Source of the DNA: Pecten maximus
Taxonomy: Eukaryota
NCBI RefSeq assembly: GCF_902652985.1
Contig: NC_047025.1
Span: forward strand, 30,814,001 to 30,878,000
Direction of reading: 5' to 3'
Length of the DNA: 64,000 nucleotides
Part shown: one piece after another, positions 13,068 through 27,182 of the stretch
How the letters are laid out: every line of letters begins with the position of its first letter
How positions within the stretch are numbered: position 1 is the stretch's first letter
Position numbers and translations under genes: made by a program
Notes under the pieces: generated by a model
Seen by the model: the letters and a program-made list of their open reading frames with translations, nothing else
Database searches by the model: none
What the model was told of the DNA's origin: nothing

Positions 13068-14605
13068 CAAAATCTATATATTTAAAAGCTGCCATTTCTT
13101 GTTTTGCAGTATCAATCTGTATCATAATATATTGTTGTGTTTTAAATTATCATTCTAATATAATATTTTAAAGTATACTGAAAAATATGTTTCTTTAATT
13201 CACTGAGACTTTTGATTTATTGGCTATTTTGGTTTGGAAAAAAAGTTTGTTTCTGTCATGATTTAAAAAAGTAATGCAAACAATTCGTAGATTTTAACCC
13301 AAATTCTATAGTTGTTTTAAGTCTCAAATTCAGCCACCATCGTAGATATTATGAGCTAAATTACGGTATTCAACTGGTAGCATTTATGTAGCGTACACAA
13401 AATATGCAGAAGTTACCTCCCTTCGTCCACCAAATCGATATCTTGTATCTGAAACGTACACAATATAAAGGTGAGGTTCCCGACACTAATTTCCTATAGG
13501 GATCGACCTAAAGAATGTTTACACTTAAATACTACTCACCGATACTTGCTTTATGCCATCAATGTTGGAACGGGGATTGTCACAAAACAGATGCAAATAA
13601 ATATTTATTTTAATGAAATAGGAAAGTTTGTACCATAAACTAATACATATACCAAAAAATTACCGCCAATAATATTTATTTTTTAAGCATTTTGTGAAAA
13701 AACGTGTTTCAGTCCAAAATTATTTAGCGTATAGAGTTTTATTACTTACCATAATCCTGCCCAAAGATCAAAACTCTACCATTTCTGCAAAGTGTTGATT
13801 TTTGGCTTTGATGTGTGTCACCCTATAGCAAATGACTTGAACGATAGTGGACATAACAGACCGCCCTGTAACACCCCAGACCTTAATGTACACACGTGCC
13901 TTTCCTAATATATAACACCCCGTAGCACGCATACAAGTAATGCGGACATGTGAAGGCAACGTCCTTAAATGACCATCGCTTTTAATTATAATTAGGACGT
14001 TAAATACGACTAAACAAATCTTACCCCATATACACTAATCTTATTGTTCTTGTGACATTACATTTAGCGTTTTCTTCAAGTAAACAGCTTATATGTCCAT
14101 GATTAAAAAAATAATATTAAAGCGCATCAATATATCCTATTTACAAAATCGCATCTGACGGAGACTTTGAATACCTAATACAGTATCGTTTTCACAATGA
14201 GAGATAGGTGTGTAGGTGCAGTTGGTGAAGTTGTCTTTGGGAGAGACATAAAACCAAGAAATCTACAAGAAACAAGACTTCCCCAGCATAAATGGGTAAC
14301 TTCATGTTTTGAAAGCAGATGACAATAACATTACTGATGATCAAGAGATTGACATGTGTGTGAAGTGTTTCAAGAATTATTAGAGACGAAAGCCCAACCT
14401 GAATATAAAAACGTTGATGTTGATGATGATAACTGGCGGAATATCCCATTATTATCCATAGAAGATGTATGTTATGACCAGTCTTCCCACGCCAAATACG
14501 TACATTGTATGAATAGTTTCGGTCAAAACCCGACCATTTTACCCAAGCGCGCAAAACACTCATCTTTCATTACAAACTCTGGTGTCCTTGGTCACGTATT
14601 TGTTC

Positions 14606-15236
14606 AGGTAGCAATGTACAGTAAAAATGCCCAAATCTGAAAAATATGGCACATGTCTTAGATATGTAAACATTGCCAGTTAACCCTACATTTTACCTCT
14701 AATAAAGTATATATATTCGAATCTACAACATTTGCAATTTTAATACAGCTCTGAAGGATAAGTAAACTTATTTTTTCTGTGATTTTTAGAGCTGTGAATA
14801 CCATGGTAACAACCTAAAAATTGTTTCAAAATTGCAAAATATGATATTTGACCCAAAATGACACAATTTTCTACACAATTTTTTTTCTGAAACCTATTTG
14901 AAATAAAATATCTCTATCCCAAAGATAGAATTAATCTTGTTTTGACATATGTTGTAAATTAAGTTTTCCTGCTATCTTACCTTTTCGGTGGGCTTCCATT
15001 TTTCGCTGTAGGCAAAACTAAATTTCCTGTGTAAACACACTTTCGGAAAATCCGGATCCAATTTATTCATTTTAGTTTTAACAAATCTGAAGCCTGTATG
15101 TACTACTTCATACTGATTATACCAATTATAGTGTACATTTATTTTTTTCATTTTTTATGCATATAATAAAATAGGAGTTATTTGCTTAACAAAAAAATCG
15201 CCCATTGCCAGCCTGTCCTACTGTAGTGTGCTACCT
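14606..15236. mobile_element. Non-autonomous DNA transposon (Kolobok-like TIRs) nested in an older element
   Basis: AGGTAGCAATGTACAGTA ... TACTGTAGTGTGCTACCT imperfect terminal inverted repeats. Confidence 0.45.
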
Positions 15237-15239
15237 CAT

Positions 15240-16720
15240 ATCATCTCAAAGAGAAAGTTCTTAACCCTAACGTTGAAATTCGCTCTGATCATACAAAAAA
15301 GAAATTTTGACTACTCGGCTACCTTCCTGATCAAAGGATATCATCAGTGATCTGTTAGAATTATCACATACATGTACTATTAATGTAGGTGTTGTTCTTT
15401 ACTCTGCGTTTCTCCTCTGGATGATGCAGATCGTAAAGCCTGGACAGACTGGACCAGAACACAGTATCTAGAAATTCTTTGACATTGTTCGTTGACACGG
15501 GTATTTACACTCCAAACCACGAGGGAACACTGTTGTTGCTCTTGGTAAAAGTGAAAACAGACATAGTCTAGAAACAGTGTCCATCTCTTTTTTACATGTC
15601 AGTTTCCAGTATATCGAAAATATTTCATTCCATAGTAAAAGCACCAGACATAACTATTGTTCCATTGTTCCTTGGACGTGAAATCTTACAAGAGAAAACA
15701 TCCTGGAGCACAACACAGTGTTCTCCGAAGCATTTATTGTCGACTCTCATACTTGAGGGTAAATATTTCTTTATTCCTGATCACAAGCTTCAGAGAAGTT
15801 CATCAGCATAGCCCTGTTGAATGGTTATATCTGGACACAGTAGCACCGTTTCCTGGAAGCAATAATGTTGCGAAGATTACAAAAGACATCATGTATTGTC
15901 TCTCCTGACAGGAGAAAAATGACAACATCGTTGTTGATAAGGGTTTAGGGATGTTTTGCCAGATTTGGAATCACGTGGTTTGACAACAAATATGCTGTCG
16001 TATTTAAAACCTGGGCAAACTCAACATGACGACCTGCAACCTAACCTTGATAGATCCATAACTAAATCCAGTTTGGTAGTGGAGTCATATCACACACGAT
16101 TCAAGCAATGACCATTTTTCAAAACACAACTTGTCTCCAACTATTTCATTGATGTCATGCTCTCGTTAGAATAGTAACAGCCTGTCTCATTGGAATCGAT
16201 GACTCAAATAAGTTAGAACACCAGAGCGAGACGCATTGGATAGGGAGCTGGTTAACACAATGAAAGCGTCGTAGTGTTCACAACACCTTAGCACAGCGTT
16301 TGAAAGATGAGCCAGATTTTACCAGAAGGACCAAGTCACTAGTGTCAAACTAGATGCAACTGCAGATAATTGTGACTTTCCAAAGTTAGACAGGGAATAC
16401 TTTCGGACAATGTCCTGCGGCACATACCGAATATCACTGAGAGGAAGCTACATCGGTGAGCACCTTAGTGATGATGGGCACTCTAGGGACATCGTACAAT
16501 GTCAGATCAACTCGATCCATATGAGCCGACGCCATTAATCCCAATGAAGAATCATTATTGCCAGTGTCCTACTGGACAGAAAACCGTGGGGAATATGTTC
16601 CCACGTAGTCAGTATCGTTTTCTATTTAGGATACTACATGCATTTGGAAATCAGTAAGCCTTTGCATCCAAAAGTCTAAAGGTTTAAGACAAACCTCAAG
16701 TAATGTAGATATAGCTACCA
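15240..16720. pseudogene. Decayed ISL2EU/Harbinger-type transposon: DDE_Tnp_4 transposase remnant (+) and convergent YqaJ-like nuclease remnant (-)
   Basis: Plus-strand fragments PFPGSNNVAKIT, EKNDNIVVDKG and ITKSSLVVES resemble G..SD..IT / ADKGF / RIHVER. Minus-strand LGLMASAH and LECP resemble LGASPD / EIKCP. Many frameshifts. Confidence 0.5.
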
Positions 16721-17011
16721 ACCGTCATCTTTCATGTATTGGTTATTAGTGTACGTGGCAGTCCCTGTGTACAATATTTCAATGCAAAACAGATTTTCCT
16801 CTGTGCTCGTTTTTCTTTTAAAACTCACATAGCGATATTGTCTATCAATTTTAATTACTTTGCACAAAACTGTTAATTACCATTTTTTGGCAATTTGTTT
16901 TGTATTGTTTGGAGATGTTTTTAGAATGAATTACAATAGAGCAAGGGTGGCGGCAGCTTCATATAGTAAAGAATGATCAAGATATTGTTTGGAGATAATA
17001 TGAAGCTTTGT

Positions 17012-17855
17012 GGCGCTTTTTTAAGGCCGCACCTTCACTCAAAAAACTAGTCTTTGGAAAGTATTTAATTTTATTGAAAATTTTAAGAAAAAACTTCATA
17101 TTTAAAAATAAAATACTTCGGCCACCTTCATAAAGGTGAGCCAGTTTTCCGCCATTACCTTGTTGTGTTGTTTTGTTAGATTAGTTTTTGATTAAACAGA
17201 GCTTGCTGCTTTTAGGTGGCTTTTATTTACGAAGAAGTGGAAAAATAAAGAGTCTATGTAATAGACGATTTTTTACACGATTCGCATTTCCCGCGTTCGA
17301 TGATATTATTTAATATTTGATTCGCTGATCATGTCACGTGATTTGGTTTGAGCGATGAGTCTGCGCACAAGCCATTTCAGGCTGACAGAAAAAAAATTCA
17401 GACGCCATTTTAATTCGATCAAAACATTTGTTTTTTCCCACCCTACCCATCCCAGTGATTGGTGTTTGTTTGAACACTTATGATTGTCATGTACACCTTT
17501 TTCTATGTGTTTAGTAAACAACAATATTAATAATTGTCATGTATCTCTCTTATGTCAGTTGTGTTCTCTTATGTCAGTTGTGTTCTTAAGTAATTTGTTT
17601 TATGATTATCATGTATGCCCGGGCGCTTTTTTAAGGCCGCAGCTTCACTCAAAAATCTAGTCTTTGGAAAGTATTTAATTTTATTGAAAATTTTAAGAAA
17701 AAACTTCATATTTAAAAATAAAATACTTCGGCCACCTTCATAAAGGTGAGCCAGTTTTCCGCCATTACCTTGTTGTGTTGTTTTGTTAGATTAGTTTTTG
17801 ATTAAACAGAGCTTGCTGCTTTTAGGTGGCTTTTATTTACGAAGAAGTGGAAAAA
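17012..17855 (+). repeat. ~235-bp near-identical direct duplication (17012-17246 and 17622-17856)
   Basis: GGCGCTTTTTT(T)AAGGCCGCA...GAAGTGGAAAAAT appears twice, 610 bp apart. Confidence 0.85.
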
Positions 17856-18840
17856 TTGTATTTTGACCTTCAGAAAAGTTCGCTTAATGTAAAAAGAGCA
17901 TGTTCTTGCTCAAAATCTATCACATTTTTATGTAATGTTACTAATGTATCCAAAATTGTAACGTCTTGCTTTGCATATATGATATCTAACATGTTATTAT
18001 CAGCATATTCATGTTTATTTTCTCATAATAGAGAACGTATGGGAATTTTTCTTCAATAATTATGCAAAATATAAGTTAGCCTTTCTCAGAAACTAACGAA
18101 AAGATTCATACAATCGATATCCGATTACGTTGCCCGATATATAAATGTAATTTTAGTACAATTTTCCTTACAAACAAATAACATTTTGACCTTATAAATA
18201 CTTGATAAAGTGTGCTTGTGAGTATTTACGACTTTGGTACAAAATGGCCTCGTTCTGGCATGTCGGAACGGAACAAGGTTTTCATATGTACTATCAGATG
18301 CCCCATGGATATGTCTATCCGGGCATTAGGTAAAGGATCGATTTCCTTCGTGGGCGGTTTTAGAGCATTTCCTGCAACAGCACCTTGACGATATACCATG
18401 TTAAATGTGTAGGCACCATAAAATATCAAAGAAATGTTTTTAGATTGCGTACTCCCTTTACGAAATATGCTATTGAAAAACCGGAGACATCGGAATGACA
18501 TACTGCATCGATCTATTCACTGTACGCCTTTGACATATGCTATGCAATGTAAGAAAAGGTCAATGACAAACCTCCCACCATTTTCGAGCAGTTGTCATGA
18601 AATAGAATGCGGAGGGAGAAGAAGAATAAACGTAACAGAATCAATAAGTCAGTTGGTGAAAAGCCCTTACAATTACACCTAAGAAAAGATGATACGAGAC
18701 ATGGCGACATTAATAATTGGGGTAGGGTGGGGTTGCTGAAGATAGGGCATTTAATAATGGTAGTGTCGTGATTGATTACAAACTCTATTGGACTGGATAA
18801 ATTGAGTAAGCGTGTTGTCAAAGGATATATCCTTAGAAGA

Positions 18841-18945
18841 AGACGTGTATATTACTTCTAAGACGTGTATATTACTTCTAAGACGTGTATATTACTTCTA
18901 AGACGTGTGTATATTACTTCTAAGACGTGTATATTACTTCTAAGA
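18841..18945 (+). repeat. 20-bp minisatellite x5
   Basis: AGACGTGTATATTACTTCTA tandem. Confidence 0.9.
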
Positions 18946-19334
18946 CCTAATTTCCATAAAAGTTCCTCTAAAGCCCCAAACTGTCACAATATGTTCAATA
19001 TGTAAAGTCAAGTTTTCAAGAGGATTGAATCTAACAGTTTTAATTCAGTGCTTCAAGGAAGAAAGAAAGAAAGAAAGAAGGAAGTGCTTTTCAGGACCGG
19101 AGGGCAAAGGTCAGTGTAATTTTTACTAAATAGAAAATCAGCTTATGGATATAGTGTTCGATTGGGCTGATTACATTCGGACATTATCCAGTGACTGCCC
19201 TGCAGGTAAGGCGTAAGAATTGTACCTGCTGCCCCCATTGCATAATCGTAAGAGGCGACTAAATTTGGGATCTTATCTTTTCTCTTCTTTCTGAACAACT
19301 TTCTTCTTCCTAATGTCTCCCTTGACAATGCCTA

Positions 19335-19728
19335 TCTTTTGGCCTTTAGTTGAGCGTTCGCCCCTGTGAGGAAGGCTTTGGGTTCTGTCCCCTAGCCGAG
19401 ACATACCAGAGTCTTTAAAAATGGTAGTTGCTACTCCCGCTTACCGCTCAGCATATTTGGAGTGGGACGACTGGTTCGCCCGTTGTCAGTATAATGTGAC
19501 CGGGTGTGGTGTCCTGCTAGGTTGTCTTCGGCAGTATGCTTCAGAGAGGTAACACTTTAAATCGACAAAAGTTCCGGCCTACCACAAGGAGACTTCACAC
19601 GAACATACCGCAGCCTCCCAAAACACACATACGCATTCACCACACGCATGCATGTCGCACGCACGGGAGGCCGTCCTTAAATGACCTTAGCTGTTAATAA
19701 GACCTTAAACAATATAAACCAAACCAAA
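19335..19728 (+). mobile_element. tRNA-derived SINE (may extend 5' to ~19190)
   Basis: tRNA-like head (TAGTTGAGCG...GGGTTCTGTCCCC), conserved core GGGACGACTGGTTCGCCCGTTGTCAGTATAATGTGACCGGGTG and (CCAAA)n tail. Other copies at 6733-7043 and 61250-61350. Confidence 0.8.
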
Positions 19729-21800
19729 ATATCCAGTGATGTTTTGACGAACATGCTAGCTTTGGATAGTTTTTCAAAGTCATTGTTAATATCAAAGGAA
19801 GTTGCATTCAGTCTTTAATTTGATATTGAAAGAAAAAGTCAAATTCAAGGCTTGCGATAGCTTTTCAGGTTTTGATGTCAAAGGTTAAGATAAATGAATA
19901 TGACCCTTGAGATCTGTAGTGCCAATTACATTGTCTGGCATTCAGAGCACAGTTGCCTAAAAGGTTATTAGGTTATTCACAATGTAATAATTTCGTGATA
20001 AAACTTGAGAATTTTCTGAAACTATACCACTCATCAGTCTCTCCTTACCTGTTTTTTTAGGAATACACATAAAATGGTTTTGAAATTAAGGTGAGATGAT
20101 TTTTTTTCAGTAATCAAGTAATCAAGCTAATTACCTTTTGAAGAACTGGGCCCAGTACCGTAGTGTCAATTACTTTACTCACAAGATTTCCTCAAAAGAT
20201 TATTGAAGCGAACAAAATCAGACAAACGCACAACTGGCATTCAATAATGATAATAAAGAAACTGGCTTACAATAGAAGTGACATCTGTTTGGTTTACGTC
20301 TGAATCCCACCAATAAAGAATGGATTATACTGTAACATTTAATGATATCGGAGGCTAATGAAACCGTATTATAACAGTACGCGCATAGATGACAAATTAG
20401 GACAGATAAAGCCAATTAGGGTGTTAATTGTACTGGGCACCGTGTTGTCGATGTGTTAGGTGGAATTAACAAAGCCGTTTGTTGCTAAGGTAACAAATAT
20501 TGGTCGATATTATAACACTAACATTATAATTTGGCGCGATATCTGATAATAACTACTAATAATGAAACACGTGTTGCTGCTCCGTCGATGGTGATTCGAA
20601 GGCTGATAATGAATCGCACCCTCGGGACTATAATCAATTGGAGAGAGAAAAAATAAAGCGGTCAGGATCCAAAAGAAGTGACCAGGTGGTTACCTTTAAA
20701 GGTCGTATACCTAATGGACCAAGGCAGATACGCCGTGATAACCTATGTTAATACATCATTAAAACCTTATATGGTATGGCGCCTGTAAGAAGTTTTCTGA
20801 AGGAGTCAGATGGTGATTGATAGTTAAATGTTACTGTTATTGCCTTTTCAATGTAAAGTACTTGTCGACAAATAAGCAACGTCAACAATAATATTGTTTA
20901 TGTCTGTTCAAATTCAGCAAGAAAAGTCTTATTCGGATAAAAATGATATGAATCACTTTTTTAAATTATTTATTTTATTGGCGGTTTAATTGCTGATAGG
21001 CAATCAGAGATTGAAAACGTGTTCGGTCGGTGGCGTAGGTGAGGGTCAGAAGCACGAGTATAGGCGTGTCCCTACACACATATCACATGAGTGAATGATA
21101 TCCGGACTAATAGAATCTATCATGGGTCTGTTCCGTGGACAAGGATATTTCAACCCGGGTGTAAGAGTGCTGGCCAGCCAAACTCTGACACGAGGGTTGA
21201 GATATTTTCTCAGGAATTTTGTCAGACTGAGGGAGATGTTCGCAAAATAGTGTCCTGAAGGAGGAATTCGGCGATGTTTTCACAGACTATTCTGTTTTGG
21301 ATGTAAACTTTCTTAATGAATGATACGGCAGGTTAAATACTAAGGTGTTGCTTGTGATTTGTCGTCCTTGTAGTTTTCACAATTTACCGACTCCTGCTAT
21401 TTCAGATAAATTAATCAATTAATCAACATTTCGTATGGAAGCGCCTGTGACTCAGGCTAGTGAGAATGTCCCTTTAACCTGGTGGTAGATGCATTGCCTT
21501 GAGAGCGAGAGGTCTCTAGTTTGAAGTTTGTGCGGGAGGGTAATTTGCTTTACTGCATCCTATTACATCAGGTCAAGTACTGGTATATTAACTATATGTC
21601 TAAATGACCAAAGAATAGTGTGGGAAGTTAATGAAAAGCGATTTAAAAGACTGCAAAGAATTATCAGTAAAGATGTGTACAGATGGACCCTAAATACCTG
21701 AACCAATAATACAAGGTGTTCTGGCATGATAAACGCATTCTGCTTGAACGAATGTGCCCGACGCGTAAATATTGGTCAATTGCATGTAATATCATGGTCT

Positions 21801-23045
21801 CAATGACCCAGTGCTCCTATCACCTACCACGCCATCCAAGTCCTGACTCAACCCAAGGCTTTATACAATGACCCAGTGCTCCTATTACCTACCACGCCAT
21901 CCAAGTCCTGACCTAACCCAATGCTTTATACAATGACCCACCACGCCATCCAAGTCCTGACCCAACCCAAGGCAGTGCTCCTATTACCTACCACGCCATC
22001 CAAGCCCTGACCTAACCCAAGGCTTTATACAATGACCCACCACGCCATCCAAGTCCTGACCCAACCCAAGGCTTTATACAATGACCCAGTGCTCCTATTA
22101 CCTACCACGCCATCCAAGCCCTGACCCAACCCAAGGCTTTATACAATGACCCAGTGTTCCTATCACCTACCACGCCATCCAAGTCCTGACCTAACCCAAG
22201 GCTTTATACAATGACCCAGTGTTCCTATCACCTACCACGCCATCCAAGTCCTGACCTAACCCAAGGCTTTATACAATGACCCAGTGCTCCTATCACCTAC
22301 CACGCCATCCAAGTCCTGACCCAACCCAAGGCTTTATACAATGACCCAGTGCTCCTATCACCTACCACGCCATCCAAGTCCTGACCTAACCCAAGGCTTT
22401 ATACAATGACCCAGTGCTCCTATCACCTACCACGCCATCCAAGTCCTGACCTAACCCAAGGCTTTATACAATGACCCAGTGCTCATATCACCTACCACGC
22501 CATCCAAGTCCTGACCTAACCCAAGGCTTTATACAATGACCCAGTGCTCCTATCACCTACCACGCCATCCAAGTCCTGACCTAACCCAAGGCTTTATACA
22601 ATGACCCAGTGTTCCTATCACCTACCACGCCATCCAAGTCCTGACCTAACCCAAGGCTTTATACAATGACCCAGTGCTCCTATCACCTACCACGCCATCC
22701 AAGTCCTGACCCAACCCAAGGCTTTATACAATGACCCAGTGCTCCTATCACCTACCACGCCATCCAAGTCCTGACCTAACCCAAGGCTTTATACAATGAC
22801 CCAGTGCTCCTATCACCTACCACGCCATCCAAGTCCTGACCTAACCCAAGGCTTTATACAATGACCCAGTGCTCATATCACCTACCACGCCATCCAAGTC
22901 CTGACCTAACCCAAGGCTTTATACAATGACCAAGTTTCCTATTACCTACCACGCCATCCAAGTCCTGACCTAACCCAAGGCTTTATACAATGACCCACCA
23001 CGCCATCCAAGTCCTGACCTAACCCAAGACTTTATACAATGATCC
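21801..23045 (+). repeat. 65-bp tandem minisatellite, ~20 units
   Basis: AATGACCCAGTGCTCCTATCACCTACCACGCCATCCAAGTCCTGACCTAACCCAAGGCTTTATAC, with period 65 and a few shortened units. Confidence 0.95.
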
Positions 23046-23799
23046 TTATGCTACTTATACCTACAAATCCATCCAAATCCTGTTGATGATAATAACGTCA
23101 AAATCTGTTTAATTTTCAGAGGACAACTCCAGTGTTTTGGATATCCTATGTTATGTGTTTGAATGTGTTGCCATGGAAGATAAGGGTTTATACGAAAGTT
23201 TTAAGGATTACAGCTCCACGGCATACCACAGAAAAAGCTTAGTACCCATGACTGACAAATCTATCTCGTTCCTTACTCATTATGTCCCTACACGTTTTAT
23301 ATTCAGCTACAGGAAGACAGAAACCATATATGCTCACTTTCTTTCTGTATCACTTCCAGATCTATCACCTTTGTATAGGTAGTCATGATAAAACATGACC
23401 GTAGGGATGGAACCCTTCATCTCGATAAATATGTCGAACAAGGGGACGTTTCTGATATTCAGGCTTATGTAGGTGTTATTCAAGTGTGTTGTCTTCGCTC
23501 TGGATTCATTCTTATAGTTTGTGCTTCGATCCCCTCCTTCCGGTCAAGGCAGACCTAACACTCAACACTATTACAAACCTACCAGTGTTAACATAATCTG
23601 TGCCGCCTAGAGGTCATACCATATTATTAACCCCCACACCTATAACAATGGTAAGTACACAACAACCAAACAAAACTACAAAGAAAGCCACAAGGAAAGC
23701 CTAGAAGAAAACAAACCCGACATTAGCCATCACACCATCAACAGCACCTGGGTCCTTTTATAAATTTCATTAATTAACGAGTGTGCGAAAACAGCGTCA

Positions 23800-24150
23800 G
23801 TGATGGACATGTCTGAAACCAAACTATTTATCAGTTATGATGCTGTAAGCGGTATCAAAGTTAACAAGCCTGTTATTAACAATAATTGTGAATAGTTTTC
23901 CCAAACAGCTGATGTACCCATATAATCATCTGAATCCCTTCCTAAAAACAGGTATAATGTTTCCTTTTGGCCACGATTCTAGAAAATGACCAGATTTCAA
24001 CACATTGTTAAACGAATATTGTAAACGTGGTAAAAACATTTGCACTTTAAAGTATCTATTTGAAATATCCCCATGTCCACATGCTTTGTTTGTGTTTAAA
24101 CTGTTGACTATTTTTATTATTTCTCCATCATCTATCTTATTCTCCATAAA
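23800..24150 (-). pseudogene. LINE reverse transcriptase remnant
   Basis: LNTNKACGHGDISN...SGHFLESWPKGNIIPVFRKG, the typical pre-RT segment. Confidence 0.7.
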
Positions 24151-26186
24151 GTGCCATGTGGACCAGAGTCATGTCCTACCTAAAATTTCTCTACACCCGC
24201 ATTAACATCTAGTTTTGTAGGGGCTAGTAAATAATTGAAAAAATATATATATTAGTGGAATTCCATTTGTTGCCTTTGCCTTATGAATAACTTAATGTTC
24301 CTTTGGTTATGCATCCCCATGACATCTAACATGCTACCCCTAGATAGACTCTTAATTACTTCTATTAATTCATCTTTGGTACATGTCGGACTGAAAAGGG
24401 GAAATTGAGATCACTCAGAAAATACCAGAACATGATTGAAAACATTTTTTTTATTATAACTATCTTACATAAACCACCCCACATCTCCCATACACTCTGT
24501 TTACGAATGCGTTATATCTACTCTATGTTTATCCCTGCTGAACCCCTATCATAGTAATTAGTGTAGCACAGTATATGGCAATTGACCGCGGGTATCCGGC
24601 GATAGCTGATGTGCGCCTTTACGGAATATATTCGATTTTTTGTTTAGAGACTGCCAAGTGAATATATTATTTAGTAAGACCCATACCCCGCTTAGTACAC
24701 GAACTACTATATTTCCGTTTTAGTTGATTTGTTGAGGTTTTCTATTCAGCTCATGCTATTTATGCCAGATTTAGAATAAATATATAACAAAGTTTCGTTC
24801 GGCTCAGTGTATAAACACCATCTAGCTTCTACAATGTTACCTGCTGGTTCTGAATCGATTTAAACAAATATTAAACACCTATGCAATGACATTGAAAAGG
24901 AAGCATATGTAGAAAAAAAAGTAAACAAATAATGAACAGTTGACAGGTTACGTTCAGTTGTTTCCCAGTCTTAAAATAAACTATCCAACATCCACAACAC
25001 ATGTCACAATACATCTTCCTCCCTGAAGGCCGTATGCACCATCTATACAAGTCGAGTATGTCGGACTACTTCAAACTCTATAGCGGTGTTTGTATGAAAG
25101 AAAACTATATCAAATTCCCTGTATGCTTTAAGGATGTCACTTACGTTTGAAAAAGAATAATTTACGTATATGACTTGTACTTGAGGAGAAAACAAGGAAT
25201 ATTTTACAAATATTTCGAAACTAAATTCCTTCTAAAATCTTCAAAAGGTAGAAAGTACGCATCGCTTAATTAAGAGAAAACCCATTAGAGTTTCTTTAAA
25301 AAAGAAATGAAAAAGGAGTTTTCGTGAGAATCTGCCTAACAACGAAGAGGTACTTGCAGATAACAATGAAGAGGTACTTGGTTACACACATCATAAATGA
25401 TGGGGTCACACACACACAGGCACAAATAACAGAAGACAAATTGATGAGGAGACCTTTAATTTATGGGGTTGTTAACCAGTGCATAGCAACGCATTCAAGA
25501 CAACATACATCCTTAGCAACGCCATCATATTCTCATCTATTAATCACCTGGTATGGTATATGCCTACTAATTAATGAGCACTAACGTGTACCTTTTATAC
25601 ATGCAAATCACGGTTATAGTGGACATTATTTGTAATAATGACGATATATGGAGAGGAATGGGATATCGATTGGTACCCTGGATGACCGCGACCACGCGTT
25701 CGCTCCACTGGTCAAAACTACTCATCACCTGAGATCCCAGGCCACTAATAAAGACAAGCAGGGATTCAATGTATTGTATGACTATTGTGTGATTTTAGAC
25801 CTGCACCGAGGCAGAGATTTTGAAATTGGTTTGAAATCTTCCTTACTGACATGCCGGATTCAGTTCCACGAAAGGTGTAACATAACGGTCAACAATTTGA
25901 GACCAAATGCTTCGAACTCGACAACCTTGTAGATGTCCTTTTACGGGAGCTATCGACTGTCACTGAGCTTGGGTGAAATCATTGTGTCAATCCCTAACAC
26001 AAGTCACTCCCACATTTGCCGTATTGAACAAACAATGGATAACTTTGGAAATAGGCACATAAGAGAAAGATTTCAAGGTAAGCAAGAATCGTTATTCCAG
26101 ATATGAAGTTATATTAAACAGAAAAGTAAGACTTAAATAAGACATAAAGTAATATATGTTTTCTTTTCAGTAATTGCAGGAACACG

Positions 26187-27182
26187 ATGGTGTTGATGGC
26201 TAGAAAATTCGGTAACAGATTTGTTCTGTTCATTTGCGTCGTCATGGTGACCTGGTTTTTCCTTTTTCATGGTGTACGCGAAGAAAAACTTACACTGACT
26301 GGCCTTCTGGATTTTACTCATCAAAATGAAATCATCAGACCAAAACCATTCATTGCTGTTCCACATCGAAAGCGTAACGAATACTCTGTGAGAAGTATTG
26401 TTGTCATGGTTTTGAGCAAGGCGTCCAATATTTTACAACGGGAGGTCATTCGAAAGACCTGGGGGAATCCAAGGAGTCAAATGGAATACAATTTTAGTGT
26501 GTACTTTCTGCTCGGTAGAGAAGACAGTGTTAATGTTAAAGACGACAATGGAGACATTGTACAGGTGGACGTCATTGAAAACTACCTTAATCTAACCGAT
26601 AAAACTGTAGCAGCTTTTAACTGGGTAGTCCAGTTTTGTCATAGGGCTAGCTACTTTTTCAAAGTCGACGATGACGTGTTTTTAGAATTGGATATTTTCA
26701 ATGAAATCCAAAATAATGCCGATTATCTTCCAGACGATGTTATTCTTGGTTCATGCTCTCAAATGTCACTTCCATGTAGGAAATCAGGCAAGTGGCAAGT
26801 TTCTTATGAAGAATATCCGTTTGTAAGGTATCCGCCATTTTGTAATGGTCCTGGGTATGTAATGACATATAAAACTACACGAAGAATACACGAAGAAATG
26901 AAGAAAACAAGAATATTCAAGTTCGAGGATGTATATGTGGGAATGGTCGCATATAGACTTGGGTTATCGGTAAAAAATATGAAAAAATTTGTGTACAATT
27001 CTAATGTGTATATTTACGACTGGTTGCTAAGCGACCTGTTTTCCCGTTGTCATACAATTACACACTATGCCACACCAGATATCGTCCAAAAGTTATGGGA
27101 ACAGAGGGAAACGATCGGCAGGAATAAAACCGATTGTTCTCCTTGGGGAATAGCATTTTTCCTTTTGTCTTACATTGTATAG
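26187..27182 (+). CDS. Beta-1,3-galactosyltransferase family (GT31) type II membrane protein
   Basis: 331 aa. N-terminal TM, REVIRKTWG, ENYLNLTDKT, FFKVDDDVF (DxD), YPPFCNGPGYV, FEDVYVG. Confidence 0.92.
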   Translation: MVLMARKFGNRFVLFICVVMVTWFFLFHGVREEKLTLTGLLDFTHQNEIIRPKPFIAVPHRKRNEYSVRSIVVMVLSKASNILQREVIRKTWGNPRSQMEYNFSVYFLLGREDSVNVKDDNGDIVQVDVIENYLNLTDKTVAAFNWVVQFCHRASYFFKVDDDVFLELDIFNEIQNNADYLPDDVILGSCSQMSLPCRKSGKWQVSYEEYPFVRYPPFCNGPGYVMTYKTTRRIHEEMKKTRIFKFEDVYVGMVAYRLGLSVKNMKKFVYNSNVYIYDWLLSDLFSRCHTITHYATPDIVQKLWEQRETIGRNKTDCSPWGIAFFLLSYIV

